Positions 36,749 to 47,441 are shown, numbered from the stretch's first letter. The stretch: 64,000 nucleotides of DNA from an uncultured Rikenellaceae bacterium (GCA_964525415.1 CAZGGZ010000002.1:17764-81763), one strand, 5' to 3'. Translations and numbers: made by a program. The notes: generated from the sequence alone by a model not told the origin.

Positions 36749-37516
36749 TCAGTTAAAATGCTCAAGGTAATCCCCGGCCCGCTTCAGATCATCAGGTGTA
36801 TCAATCCCGATACTTTCCCATTTCGTGACTGCAGTTCTTATCCTGAAACCGTTTTCGATCCATCGGTTCTGCTCAAGGGATTCAGCTTTTTCAAGAGCGC
36901 TCACCGGAAGATTTGTTATTCTTTTAAGCACATCTGTTCTGTACGCATAAAGGCCGACATGCTTGTAAAAAACATGCTTTTCAGACCATTCCTGCGGTTC
37001 GGAATCCCTGATAAAAGGTATGGCTGTCCTGCTGAAATATATTGCATTGCCTTCTGAATCAAGTATAACCTTCGGCTGGTTGGGGTTAAAGATATCCTCA
37101 CCCGGGGATGTCTCCCTGACAAGAGTGGCAATTTCAACATCCTTACGGGTAAAACACGATTTCAGAAGTTCTATCTGTTCCGTCCTTACAAAAGGTTCGT
37201 CTCCCTGGATATTTATGATGATATCAATCCTTTTGCCTGTCTGCTCCATTATCAGATCAGCTGCTTCAGCACAGCGATCGGTCCCGCTGAGATGTTCCGG
37301 AGAGGTCATTATTGCCCTGCCTCCGAATTTCTGTACCTCCTCAAAGATCCTTTTATCGTCAGTGGCAACATAAACAGAATCCACAGAACTTTTTACCCGG
37401 TCATAAACCCTCTGTACCATTGTTTTGTCACCAATCATGGCAAGAGGCTTGCCCGGGAACCGTTTTGATGCATAACGTGCCGGTATAATGCCGGTAAATT
37501 GATATCGCTTCATCAT
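36749..37516 (-). CDS. kdsB: 3-deoxy-manno-octulosonate cytidylyltransferase (CMP-Kdo synthetase)
   Basis: 255 aa with IIPARYASKRFPGKPL, NIQGDEP and VGLYAYR motifs. Confidence 0.92.
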   Translation of the reverse strand: MMKRYQFTGIIPARYASKRFPGKPLAMIGDKTMVQRVYDRVKSSVDSVYVATDDKRIFEEVQKFGGRAIMTSPEHLSGTDRCAEAADLIMEQTGKRIDIIINIQGDEPFVRTEQIELLKSCFTRKDVEIATLVRETSPGEDIFNPNQPKVILDSEGNAIYFSRTAIPFIRDSEPQEWSEKHVFYKHVGLYAYRTDVLKRITNLPVSALEKAESLEQNRWIENGFRIRTAVTKWESIGIDTPDDLKRAGDYLEHFN

Positions 37517-37588
37517 GCGAATTTAAGAAAAATGCATTTCCCAATGTCTTAAAAAAATCTTAAATTCGCACATTCGTTTTTACAGTAC

Positions 37589-38830
37589 ATGAAAGATCTT
37601 CAAAATATTAAGCAAAGGTTCAGCATTATAGGTAATTATGAGGGACTTAACCGGGCTATTGATATTGCTGTACAGGTTGCGCCAACAGATCTTTCAGTAC
37701 TTATTACAGGCGAGAGCGGAACCGGCAAGGAGGTTTTTCCGCAGGTAATTCATAATCACAGCTCCAGGAAGCACGGGCCATATATTGCTGTAAACTGCGG
37801 GGCAATTCCCGAAGGGACAATTGATTCGGAATTGTTCGGACATGAAAAGGGCTCATTTACAGGAGCGACCGACAGCAGAAAAGGATATTTTGAAGTTGCT
37901 GATAAAGGGACTATATTCCTTGATGAGGTTGCCGAATTGCCTTTGTCGACACAGGTCCGACTTCTCAGGGTTCTTGAGACAGGTGAGTTTATAAGGGTCG
38001 GTTCTTCAAAAGTTCAGAAGACCAACGTAAGGATGATTGCTGCCAGCAATATGGATCTCGCAGGTGCAATTGACCGTGGGAGGTTCAGGGAGGATCTTTA
38101 TTACAGGCTTAATACAGTGCCAATCAGAATCCCTCCATTAAGAGAGCGGGGGGATGACATCTTCCTTCTGTTCAGGAAATTTGCTGTCGATTTCGCTGAA
38201 AAATACAGAATGCCGGCAATACGTCTTGAACCTGATGCAAAGAACATACTGATGAACTATCACTGGCCGGGTAATGTCAGGCAGCTGAAGAATATCACAG
38301 AACAGATCTCAATAATTGAACATGAGCGGGACATAAAACCATCTGTACTCAAGGCATATCTTCCGGATTATGATGGCGTAAAACTGCCGGCAGTAATTAA
38401 AAGGGATGACGAAAAATCATTCTCGTCGGAGAGGGAGATCCTTTACAAGATACTTTTCGATATGAAAAGTGATATGAACGACCTGAAAAAGCTTGTATAT
38501 GATCTTATCCAGCGAGGAGATATGGATGTTGCCATTGATGAATCAAGTTCCAGGGTTGTAAAGAACCTCTTCAGGGATACTGCAGAACGGAGAGCTTCAA
38601 ATATACAGGACGGAACTCCGTCAGAATTTGCTCCTCACCAGGGACGAGAAGACATACAGGATACGGAAGAGATAGTTGAAGAGTCATTATCGCTCGCCGA
38701 CAAGGAGGTTGAAATGATAAGGAAAGCTCTTGAAAAATTCAATGGGAAGCGTAAACTTGCAGCTCATGAGCTCGGTATTTCAGAAAGAACACTGTACCGT
38801 AAAATCAAGGAGTATGGGATTGAAATGTAG
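37589..38830 (+). CDS. Sigma-54-dependent transcriptional activator (AAA+ plus Fis-type HTH, no N-terminal sensory/receiver domain)
   Basis: 413 aa with Walker A GESGTGKE, the GAFTGA-type loop (EKGSFTGA) and Walker B IFLDEV. The C-terminal HTH is AAHELGISERTLYRKIKEYGI. The AAA+ core starts about 25 aa from the N-terminus. Confidence 0.9.
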   Translation: MKDLQNIKQRFSIIGNYEGLNRAIDIAVQVAPTDLSVLITGESGTGKEVFPQVIHNHSSRKHGPYIAVNCGAIPEGTIDSELFGHEKGSFTGATDSRKGYFEVADKGTIFLDEVAELPLSTQVRLLRVLETGEFIRVGSSKVQKTNVRMIAASNMDLAGAIDRGRFREDLYYRLNTVPIRIPPLRERGDDIFLLFRKFAVDFAEKYRMPAIRLEPDAKNILMNYHWPGNVRQLKNITEQISIIEHERDIKPSVLKAYLPDYDGVKLPAVIKRDDEKSFSSEREILYKILFDMKSDMNDLKKLVYDLIQRGDMDVAIDESSSRVVKNLFRDTAERRASNIQDGTPSEFAPHQGREDIQDTEEIVEESLSLADKEVEMIRKALEKFNGKRKLAAHELGISERTLYRKIKEYGIEM

Positions 38831-39356
38831 AAAAAGAAATATTAGAGCGGCAGGTGCAGCACTGATCACATACTTAACATGCGTTTTGTTTATTCTCAAC
38901 GGATGCAAGATCACTTATTCATTTTCCGGTGCAAGCATTTCTCCGGATGTTAAAACATTAAGTGTTCAGTACTTTCAGAACAGGGCCGACCTTGTTCAGC
39001 CCGGGCTAAGCCAGTACATCACGGATGCCCTGACTGACAAATGCAAAGCCCAGACCAATCTCAGCCTGGTAAACGGCATCGGGGATGTGGATTTTGAAGG
39101 CGAGATCACAAATTATAATACTGTTCCCCTGACGATTGCCGCAGACGCACAGGCAGCCACAAACAGGTTTACAATTACAGTGAAGGTTAAATTCACCAAC
39201 TCTGTTGATCCTGATTTAAGCTATGATCAGACATTTTCGCGGTATGCAGATTATGACAGCAGTCTCGACCTGGCACAGGTTGAGAAGGAACTCTCTGAAG
39301 ATATTGTTGAGCTTCTTATCGAGGATATTTTCAATAAGGCTTTTGTGAACTGGTAA
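38814..39356 (+). CDS. lptE: LptE-like LPS-assembly lipoprotein
   Basis: It has a lipobox (ILNGC) and a conserved Bacteroidota position between the sigma-54 activator and secG. The track ORF starts at 38730 inside the upstream gene. The MGLKCRK start at 38814 overlaps it by 17 nt. Confidence 0.6.
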   Translation: MGLKCRKRNIRAAGAALITYLTCVLFILNGCKITYSFSGASISPDVKTLSVQYFQNRADLVQPGLSQYITDALTDKCKAQTNLSLVNGIGDVDFEGEITNYNTVPLTIAADAQAATNRFTITVKVKFTNSVDPDLSYDQTFSRYADYDSSLDLAQVEKELSEDIVELLIEDIFNKAFVNW

Positions 39357-39361
39357 CCATC

Positions 39362-40297
39362 ATGAACCGGAACGACTTCCTGAGAATGATTGAAAATGCA
39401 GGTCCTGCCGACCGTCACACGATCGGTGAGGTCACTGAGCTTATTGATATTTTCCCTTATTTCCAAAGCGCTTATCTTCTTCTGCTTAAAGGGCTAAGCA
39501 ATACATCAGATGTAAAATTTGAAAACCAGCTCAGGATCTCTGCAATGCATATTGCCGACCGTGAAGTTTTGTATTATTTTCTTAAGAAGGAGAGGAAAGA
39601 ATCTGGCATGCCTGAAATATCAGAAAAGACCCAGGCTGCCACAATCAGTGCTCAGGAAGACAGCCAGCAGGTGGTAATTGAACTGGCAAAAAACAGCGAG
39701 GATCTTATAAATGAAATAGAAAAAAGCACCGATGCAGGGAATCCTAAGGAAATAGCGGCAGACGGATCACTGTCCGAACAGCGGCTTTTTTCAATTCATG
39801 CCGAATCTGACAGCGGAGACTCGGTTGCAACAGTATTTGTCATAGACGAGGAATCAGGAGAAGAGGAGGAAAGGGTGACATACATGGATCCGGGATTTTC
39901 TTATCCTTCAGAAAAAGCAGAAGATCTTCTGGAACTTGATACGGAAACAGGAGTCCCGCTATCGGAAGAAGCTGAATGGGATGACAGCAGGGAACCTGTG
40001 AAGGTTGAAGCCGACATGAAAAAACTGCAATTGGAGCTGATTGATAAATTCATACTGGCAAATCCGAGAATTGAACCTGTCAGGGAAAAAACAGAAATAC
40101 CCCAGGTGGATATCTCAAAACCTTTCATTGAGGAGAAAGGAGAATTTATTACAGAAACACTTGCAAGAATTTATGCCAACCAGGGGTACTACTCCAGGGC
40201 AATAGATATTTATGAGAAATTATGTTTGAAATATCCGGAAAAAAGCAGTTACTTTGCGACTCAAATTGAAAAGGTGAAAGAACTATTAAAAAAGTGA
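39362..40297 (+). CDS. Hypothetical acidic protein with a C-terminal TPR-like motif
   Basis: 311 aa. The C-terminus LARIYANQGYYSRAIDIYEKLCLKYPEKSSYF is TPR-like. The middle is an acidic low-complexity region. Confidence 0.6.
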   Translation: MNRNDFLRMIENAGPADRHTIGEVTELIDIFPYFQSAYLLLLKGLSNTSDVKFENQLRISAMHIADREVLYYFLKKERKESGMPEISEKTQAATISAQEDSQQVVIELAKNSEDLINEIEKSTDAGNPKEIAADGSLSEQRLFSIHAESDSGDSVATVFVIDEESGEEEERVTYMDPGFSYPSEKAEDLLELDTETGVPLSEEAEWDDSREPVKVEADMKKLQLELIDKFILANPRIEPVREKTEIPQVDISKPFIEEKGEFITETLARIYANQGYYSRAIDIYEKLCLKYPEKSSYFATQIEKVKELLKK

Positions 40298-40301
40298 TCA
40301 G

Positions 40302-40667
40302 ATGGGAGTCTATATTTTTGTTTCAATAGTAATTATCATAGCCTGTGTCCTTCAGATACTGATTGTTCTTGTTCAGAATTCCAAAGGAGGAGGGCTGGCA
40401 GCCAATTTTACTTCTGCAGGTCAGACTATGGGTATTCGTAAAACAGCCGATTTCCTGGAAAAATCGACATGGACAATCGCTGCTGCAATTCTTATTCTCT
40501 GTGTTGTTGCTACAGCTTCAATTCCCCGCGGATCGGTTTCTGAACAATCACGAATTCAGAGCCAGATTGATAATGCCGTTGATCCCAACGCTATACCTAC
40601 ACTTCCGACAGCTGTTCCGCAGACAACTACAACTCCTTCAACGGAAGGTGAGCAACCTGAAAACTGA
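40302..40667 (+). CDS. secG: Preprotein translocase subunit SecG
   Basis: 121 aa with two TM helices and an LVQ.SKGGGL motif. Confidence 0.85.
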   Translation: MGVYIFVSIVIIIACVLQILIVLVQNSKGGGLAANFTSAGQTMGIRKTADFLEKSTWTIAAAILILCVVATASIPRGSVSEQSRIQSQIDNAVDPNAIPTLPTAVPQTTTTPSTEGEQPEN

Positions 40668-40814
40668 AAAATTCGGTGAAATAATGATATATAAAAGTGT
40701 CAGTTTGTCATATTCCGGCACTTTTTTTTTCATTTCTGACACTTTTCCGGGTTTGGCATAAAATATGTTTAAAAAGCAAACGTCATAACGAACTAACTTT
40801 AAAACTAAATAAAC

Positions 40815-41093
40815 ATGGCACAATTAAAAGGTAAAATTCTGGCAGGCAAGGTTCTTGTAAAACCTGATGAAGCTGAGGCTAAAACTGCCAGCGGAATAAT
40901 CATTCCTGATTCCGCAAAAGAGAAACCCCGTCAGGGTAAAGTTATACTTGTTGGAGCACCAAAGAAAGACGAGGAAATGGAAGTCAAGAAGGGCGACGTT
41001 GTCCTCTACGGAAAGTACTCAGGGCAGGAGCTTACCATTGATGGTGAAGACTATCTGCTTATATCACAGTCAGATATTCTTTTTATAGCTTAA
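40815..41093 (+). CDS. groES: Co-chaperonin GroES
   Basis: 92 aa with ...GKVLVKP.EAE.KTASGIIIPDSAKEKP..G.V..VG... Confidence 0.95.
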   Translation: MAQLKGKILAGKVLVKPDEAEAKTASGIIIPDSAKEKPRQGKVILVGAPKKDEEMEVKKGDVVLYGKYSGQELTIDGEDYLLISQSDILFIA

Positions 41094-41097
41094 TTAA

Positions 41098-42753
<1,656 letters not shown>

Positions 42754-42755
42754 AA

Positions 42756-42893
42756 TTACCCCCTGCCCCCTAAAGGGGTTTTAATGGGTGAAATTAAAGT
42801 GAATAAGAGCCGGGTCAGAAGCCTGGCTCTGCACATTTTAGCCCCCCTTCAGAGCTTGCACTGAGCGGAGCGAAGCAGGGGGAGTGGGGGTAA
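42756..42893. repeat. GC-rich palindromic element, copy C: ~138 bp with ~15-nt inverted termini (MITE/REP-like)
   Basis: The left end is TTACCCCCTGCCCCC. The reverse complement of the right end is TTACCCCCACTCCCCC. Internal hairpins are CCCC-TAAA-GGGG and AGAGCCGGG-tcagaag-CCTGGCTCT. Confidence 0.7.
42806..42830 (+). terminator. Candidate groESL terminator hairpin inside element C
   Basis: It has a 9-bp stem (one G-U pair) and a 7-nt loop, followed by gcacATTTTa. The T-tract is weak. Confidence 0.4.
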
Positions 42894-42902
42894 AAAAATT
42901 TA

Positions 42903-42910
42903 TATATTTG
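42903..42910 (+). promoter_or_regulatory. Candidate -7 promoter box (TATATTTG) for lepA
   Basis: Matches TAnnTTTG and lies 26 nt upstream of the lepA ATG, immediately after element C. Confidence 0.45.
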
Positions 42911-42935
42911 CACCTGATTTGTACATAAGATCCTG

Positions 42936-44723
42936 ATGAACAACATCCGTAATTTCTGTATCATCGCGCATATTGACCATGGTAAAAGCACCCTGGCCGA
43001 CAGGCTGCTCGAAAAGACAAATACAATTGCGGAAAGGGAATTCAAGGATCAGGTCCTTGACGATATGGACCTTGAAAGGGAGAGAGGCATAACTATAAAG
43101 AGCCATGCCATCCAGATGGAATATGTTACAGGGGAGAACAAATACTACCTGAACCTTATTGACACTCCCGGTCACGTTGATTTTTCATATGAAGTATCAC
43201 GGTCAATAGCAGCATGTGAAGGCGCCCTGCTTGTGATTGATGCCACTCAGGGAATACAGGCACAGACAATATCAAACCTGTATATGGCAATAGATCATGA
43301 CCTTGAAATAATACCTGTCATCAATAAGATGGATATGGCCAATGCCATGCCCGAAGAAGTTAAGGATCAGATTGTGGACCTTGTCGGCTGCAACAGGGAA
43401 GATATTATTGAAACAAGCGCAAGGACAGGAATGGGAGTTGACAGAATACTTAGTGACATTGTTCACAAAATACCTCCGCCGAAAGGCGATCCTGATGCAC
43501 CGCTGCAGGCACTCATTTTTGACTCAATATTCAATTCGTTCAGAGGTATAATAGCTTACTTCAAGATCAGAAACGGCACGCTTCGTAAAGGTGACAAGGT
43601 AAAATTTATGAGCACAGGACACGAATACACTGCAGAAGAAATAGGAGTGCTTAAGCTCAGACAGGATCCGCGTGATGTAATGATGACAGGAGACGTGGGA
43701 TATATTATTACCGGTGTAAAAATATCCTCTGAGGTAAGAGTAGGAGATACTATTACACAGGTAAAGAATCCATGTGATATAGCCATCTCAGGATTTGAAA
43801 ATGTGAAGCCGATGGTATTTGCCGGTTTGTACCCGGTTGATGCAGACGAGTATGAAGACCTGAGAAGTTCTATTGAAAGACTTCAGCTCAATGATGCGTC
43901 CCTTTCTTTTGTTCCGGAATCTTCGGCAGCGCTGGGCTTCGGATTCAGATGTGGTTTCCTTGGACTGCTTCATATGGAAATAATCCAGGAACGTCTTGAC
44001 AGGGAATTCAACATGGATGTAATTACCACTGTACCTAATGTTTCATTCAAGGTATATACAACAAAGGGAGAGGAAATAGATGTCCATAATCCTTCAGGAC
44101 TTCCGCCTGTCACCAATATTGAGCGTATTGAAGAACCCTATATAATTGCACAGGTTATCACTTTGTCGGAGTATGTAGGTTCAATAATGAAACTCTGCAT
44201 TGACAAAAGAGGCATTTTAAAGAACCATGTTCATCTTACAAGGGACAGGGTCGAGCTTACCTTTGAAATGCCTCTTTCGGAAATAGTTTTTGATTTTTAT
44301 GATAAGCTTAAAAGCATTTCAAAAGGTTATGCATCATTTGATTACTATTACACAGCCTACCAGAAAGCCGATCTTGTAAGGCTTGACCTGCTTCTGAACG
44401 GGGAAATGGTTGATGCGCTTTCAACTCTTATCTACAGGGGTCATGCTTATGAATTCGGACGCAAAATGTGTGTCAGGCTTAAGGAACTTATTCCCAGGCA
44501 GCAGTTTGAAATAGCAATACAGGCAGCCATAGGTGCAAAAATAATTGCCAGGGAAACAGTCAAGGCAGTCAGAAAGGACGTGACTGCAAAATGTTACGGC
44601 GGCGATATAACAAGAAAAAGGAAGCTTCTTGAGAAACAGAAAAAAGGGAAGAAAAGAATGCGTCAGATAGGTAACGTTGAGGTGCCCCAGCAGGCTTTTC
44701 TTGCAGTTTTAAAATTAGATTAG
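42936..44723 (+). CDS. lepA: Translation elongation factor 4
   Basis: 595 aa with [33 protein letters not shown] and the LepA-specific C-terminal domain. Confidence 0.97.
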   Translation: MNNIRNFCIIAHIDHGKSTLADRLLEKTNTIAEREFKDQVLDDMDLERERGITIKSHAIQMEYVTGENKYYLNLIDTPGHVDFSYEVSRSIAACEGALLVIDATQGIQAQTISNLYMAIDHDLEIIPVINKMDMANAMPEEVKDQIVDLVGCNREDIIETSARTGMGVDRILSDIVHKIPPPKGDPDAPLQALIFDSIFNSFRGIIAYFKIRNGTLRKGDKVKFMSTGHEYTAEEIGVLKLRQDPRDVMMTGDVGYIITGVKISSEVRVGDTITQVKNPCDIAISGFENVKPMVFAGLYPVDADEYEDLRSSIERLQLNDASLSFVPESSAALGFGFRCGFLGLLHMEIIQERLDREFNMDVITTVPNVSFKVYTTKGEEIDVHNPSGLPPVTNIERIEEPYIIAQVITLSEYVGSIMKLCIDKRGILKNHVHLTRDRVELTFEMPLSEIVFDFYDKLKSISKGYASFDYYYTAYQKADLVRLDLLLNGEMVDALSTLIYRGHAYEFGRKMCVRLKELIPRQQFEIAIQAAIGAKIIARETVKAVRKDVTAKCYGGDITRKRKLLEKQKKGKKRMRQIGNVEVPQQAFLAVLKLD

Positions 44724-44816
44724 GTATTTCTAATTAAAAAGATTAACTTAGCCAGAGTTAACAGAAAACAGGTATTTAAAATATCTTAATCCTGATTATC
44801 TAACCTGAATATCCTT

Positions 44817-44850
44817 CCCCGGATTTCTGTAAGTCCGGGGTTTTGCTTTT
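44817..44850 (+). terminator. Rho-independent terminator after lepA
   Basis: The hairpin CCCCGGA-tttctgtaag-TCCGGGG is followed by TTTTGCTTTT. It abuts the stop of the convergent response-regulator gene. Confidence 0.75.
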
Positions 44851-45536
44851 CAGCTTATAAGCTTATATCCTCTGCCGTGGACATTCAGGATTTTAACTGA
44901 AGGATCATTTTTCAGATATTTGCGCAGCCTGGTTATATAAACGTCCATGCTTCTGGCATTGAAATAATTATCGTCGATCCATATAGTTTTAAGTGCAAAA
45001 TTACGCTCAAGGATTTCATTGCCATGCTGGCACAGCAACTCAAGGAGCTCGGATTCCTTTGTTGTAAGTCTGATGGATTTATCTCCAAGAACCAGCATCT
45101 GCTTCAGTGGTTCAAAAGTGTATTTACCGATTGTGTATTTATCTTCCTTTCTGGGAGCTGTTGTACCCCTGGTTCTTTTTATGATTGCCTGTATCCTGTA
45201 AAGCAGCTCCTCCATAAGGAAGGGTTTTGTTATATAATCATCAGCTCCGGTCCTGAAACCCTCAAGAATATCATCTTTCTGACCTTTTGCAGTCAGAAAA
45301 ATAACCGGGATATCCGGATTGATCTTGCGTATCTCCTTTGCCAGGGTAAGTCCGTCCATCTCCGGCATCATGATATCGAGGATGCACAAGTCATATTGCT
45401 TAACAGAAAATGATTCGAGCGCCTGGCTGCCGTTTCCGAAAAGTGATGTCTCCATGCTCTTGGCTGCAAGATAATTTCTCAGCAGGGACCCAAGGTTGCT
45501 GTCATCCTCAGCAAGAAGAATTCTGATACTTTTCAT
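44850..45536 (-). CDS. OmpR/PhoB-family response regulator
   Basis: 228 aa with a receiver domain (DLCILDIMMPEMDG, phospho-acceptor Asp) plus a winged-helix trans_reg_C domain (...VYITRLRKYL...I..V.G.GY). Confidence 0.92.
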   Translation of the reverse strand: MKSIRILLAEDDSNLGSLLRNYLAAKSMETSLFGNGSQALESFSVKQYDLCILDIMMPEMDGLTLAKEIRKINPDIPVIFLTAKGQKDDILEGFRTGADDYITKPFLMEELLYRIQAIIKRTRGTTAPRKEDKYTIGKYTFEPLKQMLVLGDKSIRLTTKESELLELLCQHGNEILERNFALKTIWIDDNYFNARSMDVYITRLRKYLKNDPSVKILNVHGRGYKLIS

Positions 45537-45538
45537 TT

Positions 45539-47089
45539 TTATCCGTTTTGTGGAATGAATAGGGTAAATTTTGTTCCTTTATTAAGCTGACTTTCAGCCT
45601 TGATCGTTCCGTGATGTTCCTCCACTATTTCCTTCACATAGCTTAATCCAAGGCCGAATCCTTTTACATTGTGCAGGTTTCCTGAATGAACACGATAGAA
45701 TTTGTCATATATCCTTCTGAGATTTTCCTTGCTGATGCCTATTCCGTTGTCTTCAACAGAAATGATAATTCCTTTTCTTGCGTTGCGTGTCGAGACATTA
45801 ATCTCAGGACTCTTATCTGAATATTTGATAGCATTATCAATCAGGTTCGAAATTGCATTTAGGAAGTGTTCCTCATCTGCCATTACGAGGCTCTCTTTTG
45901 CATTAAAGTTCCTGATTATTTTTCCGTTTCTGCTCCCGGTCTGAAGCGAAAAATTGTCACAGGCATTGTTCAGGATATCATGAATATCCAGTTCTGAAAA
46001 ACTGAATTTCATCTTTGTCTTTTCAAAAATGGCCATCTGTAAAACCTTCTCCACATGAAATTTGAGCCTCATGCTCTCATCAGAGATTACTTTGGCAAGA
46101 TTCTCAAAGTTTTTATTTTCTTCAGGGATGGTTTTATCAGCTATCATCTGTGATGCAAGTGATATGGTTGAAATCGGTGTTTTCAGCTCATGAGTCATGT
46201 TGTTTATGAAGTCATTTCTTATCTCCGAGATTTTTTTCTGACGGAATATCACAATAAAGGTCCCGGTAGCAAGTATCAGCAGCAAAAGTGTGAAAAGAAG
46301 CGATAAAAAGCCAAGGTTCCCGATCTCCCTGAACTTGTACTGGTCTTCATCGAGGCAGTACATTACAAGCTGATGCTGACCTGGAACAGGGTCATTTGGG
46401 AAAAGCTGCCGGATGAATTTATTGGTTCCTGGTTTATCGGTAAAACCGGGGGTTTTGTAAATTAAACCTACACGACCGGAACGAACTGAAAACTCAAAAT
46501 CGAGATAGATCCCTGCATTATTCAATTCGTTTCCGAGTAATGTTTTAAGATTTTCAGGGGCGATTCTCTCCCTGATATCAGGTGTATTACGAAGGATCTT
46601 ATCCATGATTGTCTCAAGGACAACTATTTTGTTTGAGACCCTTCCGGTAAGCTCGGCGCTTAATGATTCAACTGAAGTTTCGACAGATTCAGCGGGAGGT
46701 AATGAAACAGGATTTTCAGAGGTTATAAGAATTTTCTGTCCCGAGCTCGTTATAGTTATTGATTCCTCAGGATTTTCAAGTCCGTACATTTCGAGAAGCT
46801 CCGAGTATGGCTGGTATAATCTTAGTCTTTTTGCCAGCGGTGAATTGGCAGGGATCACTGCTGTCACGGAATCGGTTGTTTCAGGATCAAGCTCGTCGAC
46901 AATCCTCTTAATAAGCTCATCCTCTTCAAGCTGAAGGACTACTGATTCAAGGGCCTGGTTTGCCAGGAGCCTGAACTGCTGATCGGTTATTTTAATAGCA
47001 TTACGGATCCAGGACAGCTGAATCAGAATTAATCCTGATATTGCGAGAAAGAAGAAAACTGCCAGTAATACAATGGTAATCCGTTTCAT
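45539..47089 (-). CDS. Sensor histidine kinase
   Basis: 516 aa with two TM helices flanking a ~230-aa periplasmic region. It has the H-box (MTHELKTPIS), N-box (NLIDNAIKYS) and G-boxes (DNGIGI, GFGLGL). Confidence 0.92.
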   Translation of the reverse strand: MKRITIVLLAVFFFLAISGLILIQLSWIRNAIKITDQQFRLLANQALESVVLQLEEDELIKRIVDELDPETTDSVTAVIPANSPLAKRLRLYQPYSELLEMYGLENPEESITITSSGQKILITSENPVSLPPAESVETSVESLSAELTGRVSNKIVVLETIMDKILRNTPDIRERIAPENLKTLLGNELNNAGIYLDFEFSVRSGRVGLIYKTPGFTDKPGTNKFIRQLFPNDPVPGQHQLVMYCLDEDQYKFREIGNLGFLSLLFTLLLLILATGTFIVIFRQKKISEIRNDFINNMTHELKTPISTISLASQMIADKTIPEENKNFENLAKVISDESMRLKFHVEKVLQMAIFEKTKMKFSFSELDIHDILNNACDNFSLQTGSRNGKIIRNFNAKESLVMADEEHFLNAISNLIDNAIKYSDKSPEINVSTRNARKGIIISVEDNGIGISKENLRRIYDKFYRVHSGNLHNVKGFGLGLSYVKEIVEEHHGTIKAESQLNKGTKFTLFIPQNG

Positions 47090-47373
47090 ACAGGTACAAA
47101 AGTACTTGGATATAAATTAGGAAGTCACTCTCTTTAACTTTCTTTAACAATACATCCTGTTTAATGTATTGTAAAGGAATTCAATATTGTTAAAAAGAAT
47201 AAAAAAATTTAACTTTTAGTTAAAATGTTGTTAATATTCAGGGATTTAGCTAAAAATACTTTTTTATAACAATCAGCGTATTTATATTTGCATATGATTT
47301 GGCATGAAATTTGGGTTACACAATACAGAGGTTTTTTTCATAGGTTAGGTTAGTTTTAGGGTTATCAAAAAAT

Positions 47374-47397
47374 GAGGCTGACGTTCTGGTCAGCCTC
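47374..47397. terminator. Bidirectional hairpin terminator (GAGGCTGAC-gttctg-GTCAGCCTC)
   Basis: A 9-bp GC-rich stem. On the minus strand it is followed by ATTTTTTGA, downstream of the 47442-47948 gene. On the + strand it is followed by TTCTCTTTTAT. Confidence 0.7.
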
Positions 47398-47441
47398 TTC
47401 TCTTTTATAACAATTGTGTTACCGCAATCATTTACTTCCAT

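Noticed and set aside
40363-40761. 132-aa + strand ORF overlapping secG in another frame
   Set aside because: It lies entirely within or after the well-supported secG frame. It has no independent signal and an implausible composition.
40714-40770. Sigma-54-like promoters upstream of groES (cGGCACtttttTTTC at ~40716; TGGCATaaaatATGT at ~40753) and at 47300-47314 (TGGCATgaaatTTGG)
   Set aside because: All lack the essentially invariant GC of the -12 element (TTGC). Spacing is right, but the matches are what AT-rich sequence yields by chance. They were noted only because a sigma-54 activator gene lies nearby.
47294-47353. 19-codon ORF (MIWHEIWVTQYRGFFHRLG) in the candidate sRNA region as a small protein gene
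   Set aside because: Its ATG lies at or upstream of the transcription start predicted from the -7 box. Its stop falls inside the TAGGT repeat. Nothing supports translation, so it is kept only as a caveat to the sRNA hypothesis.
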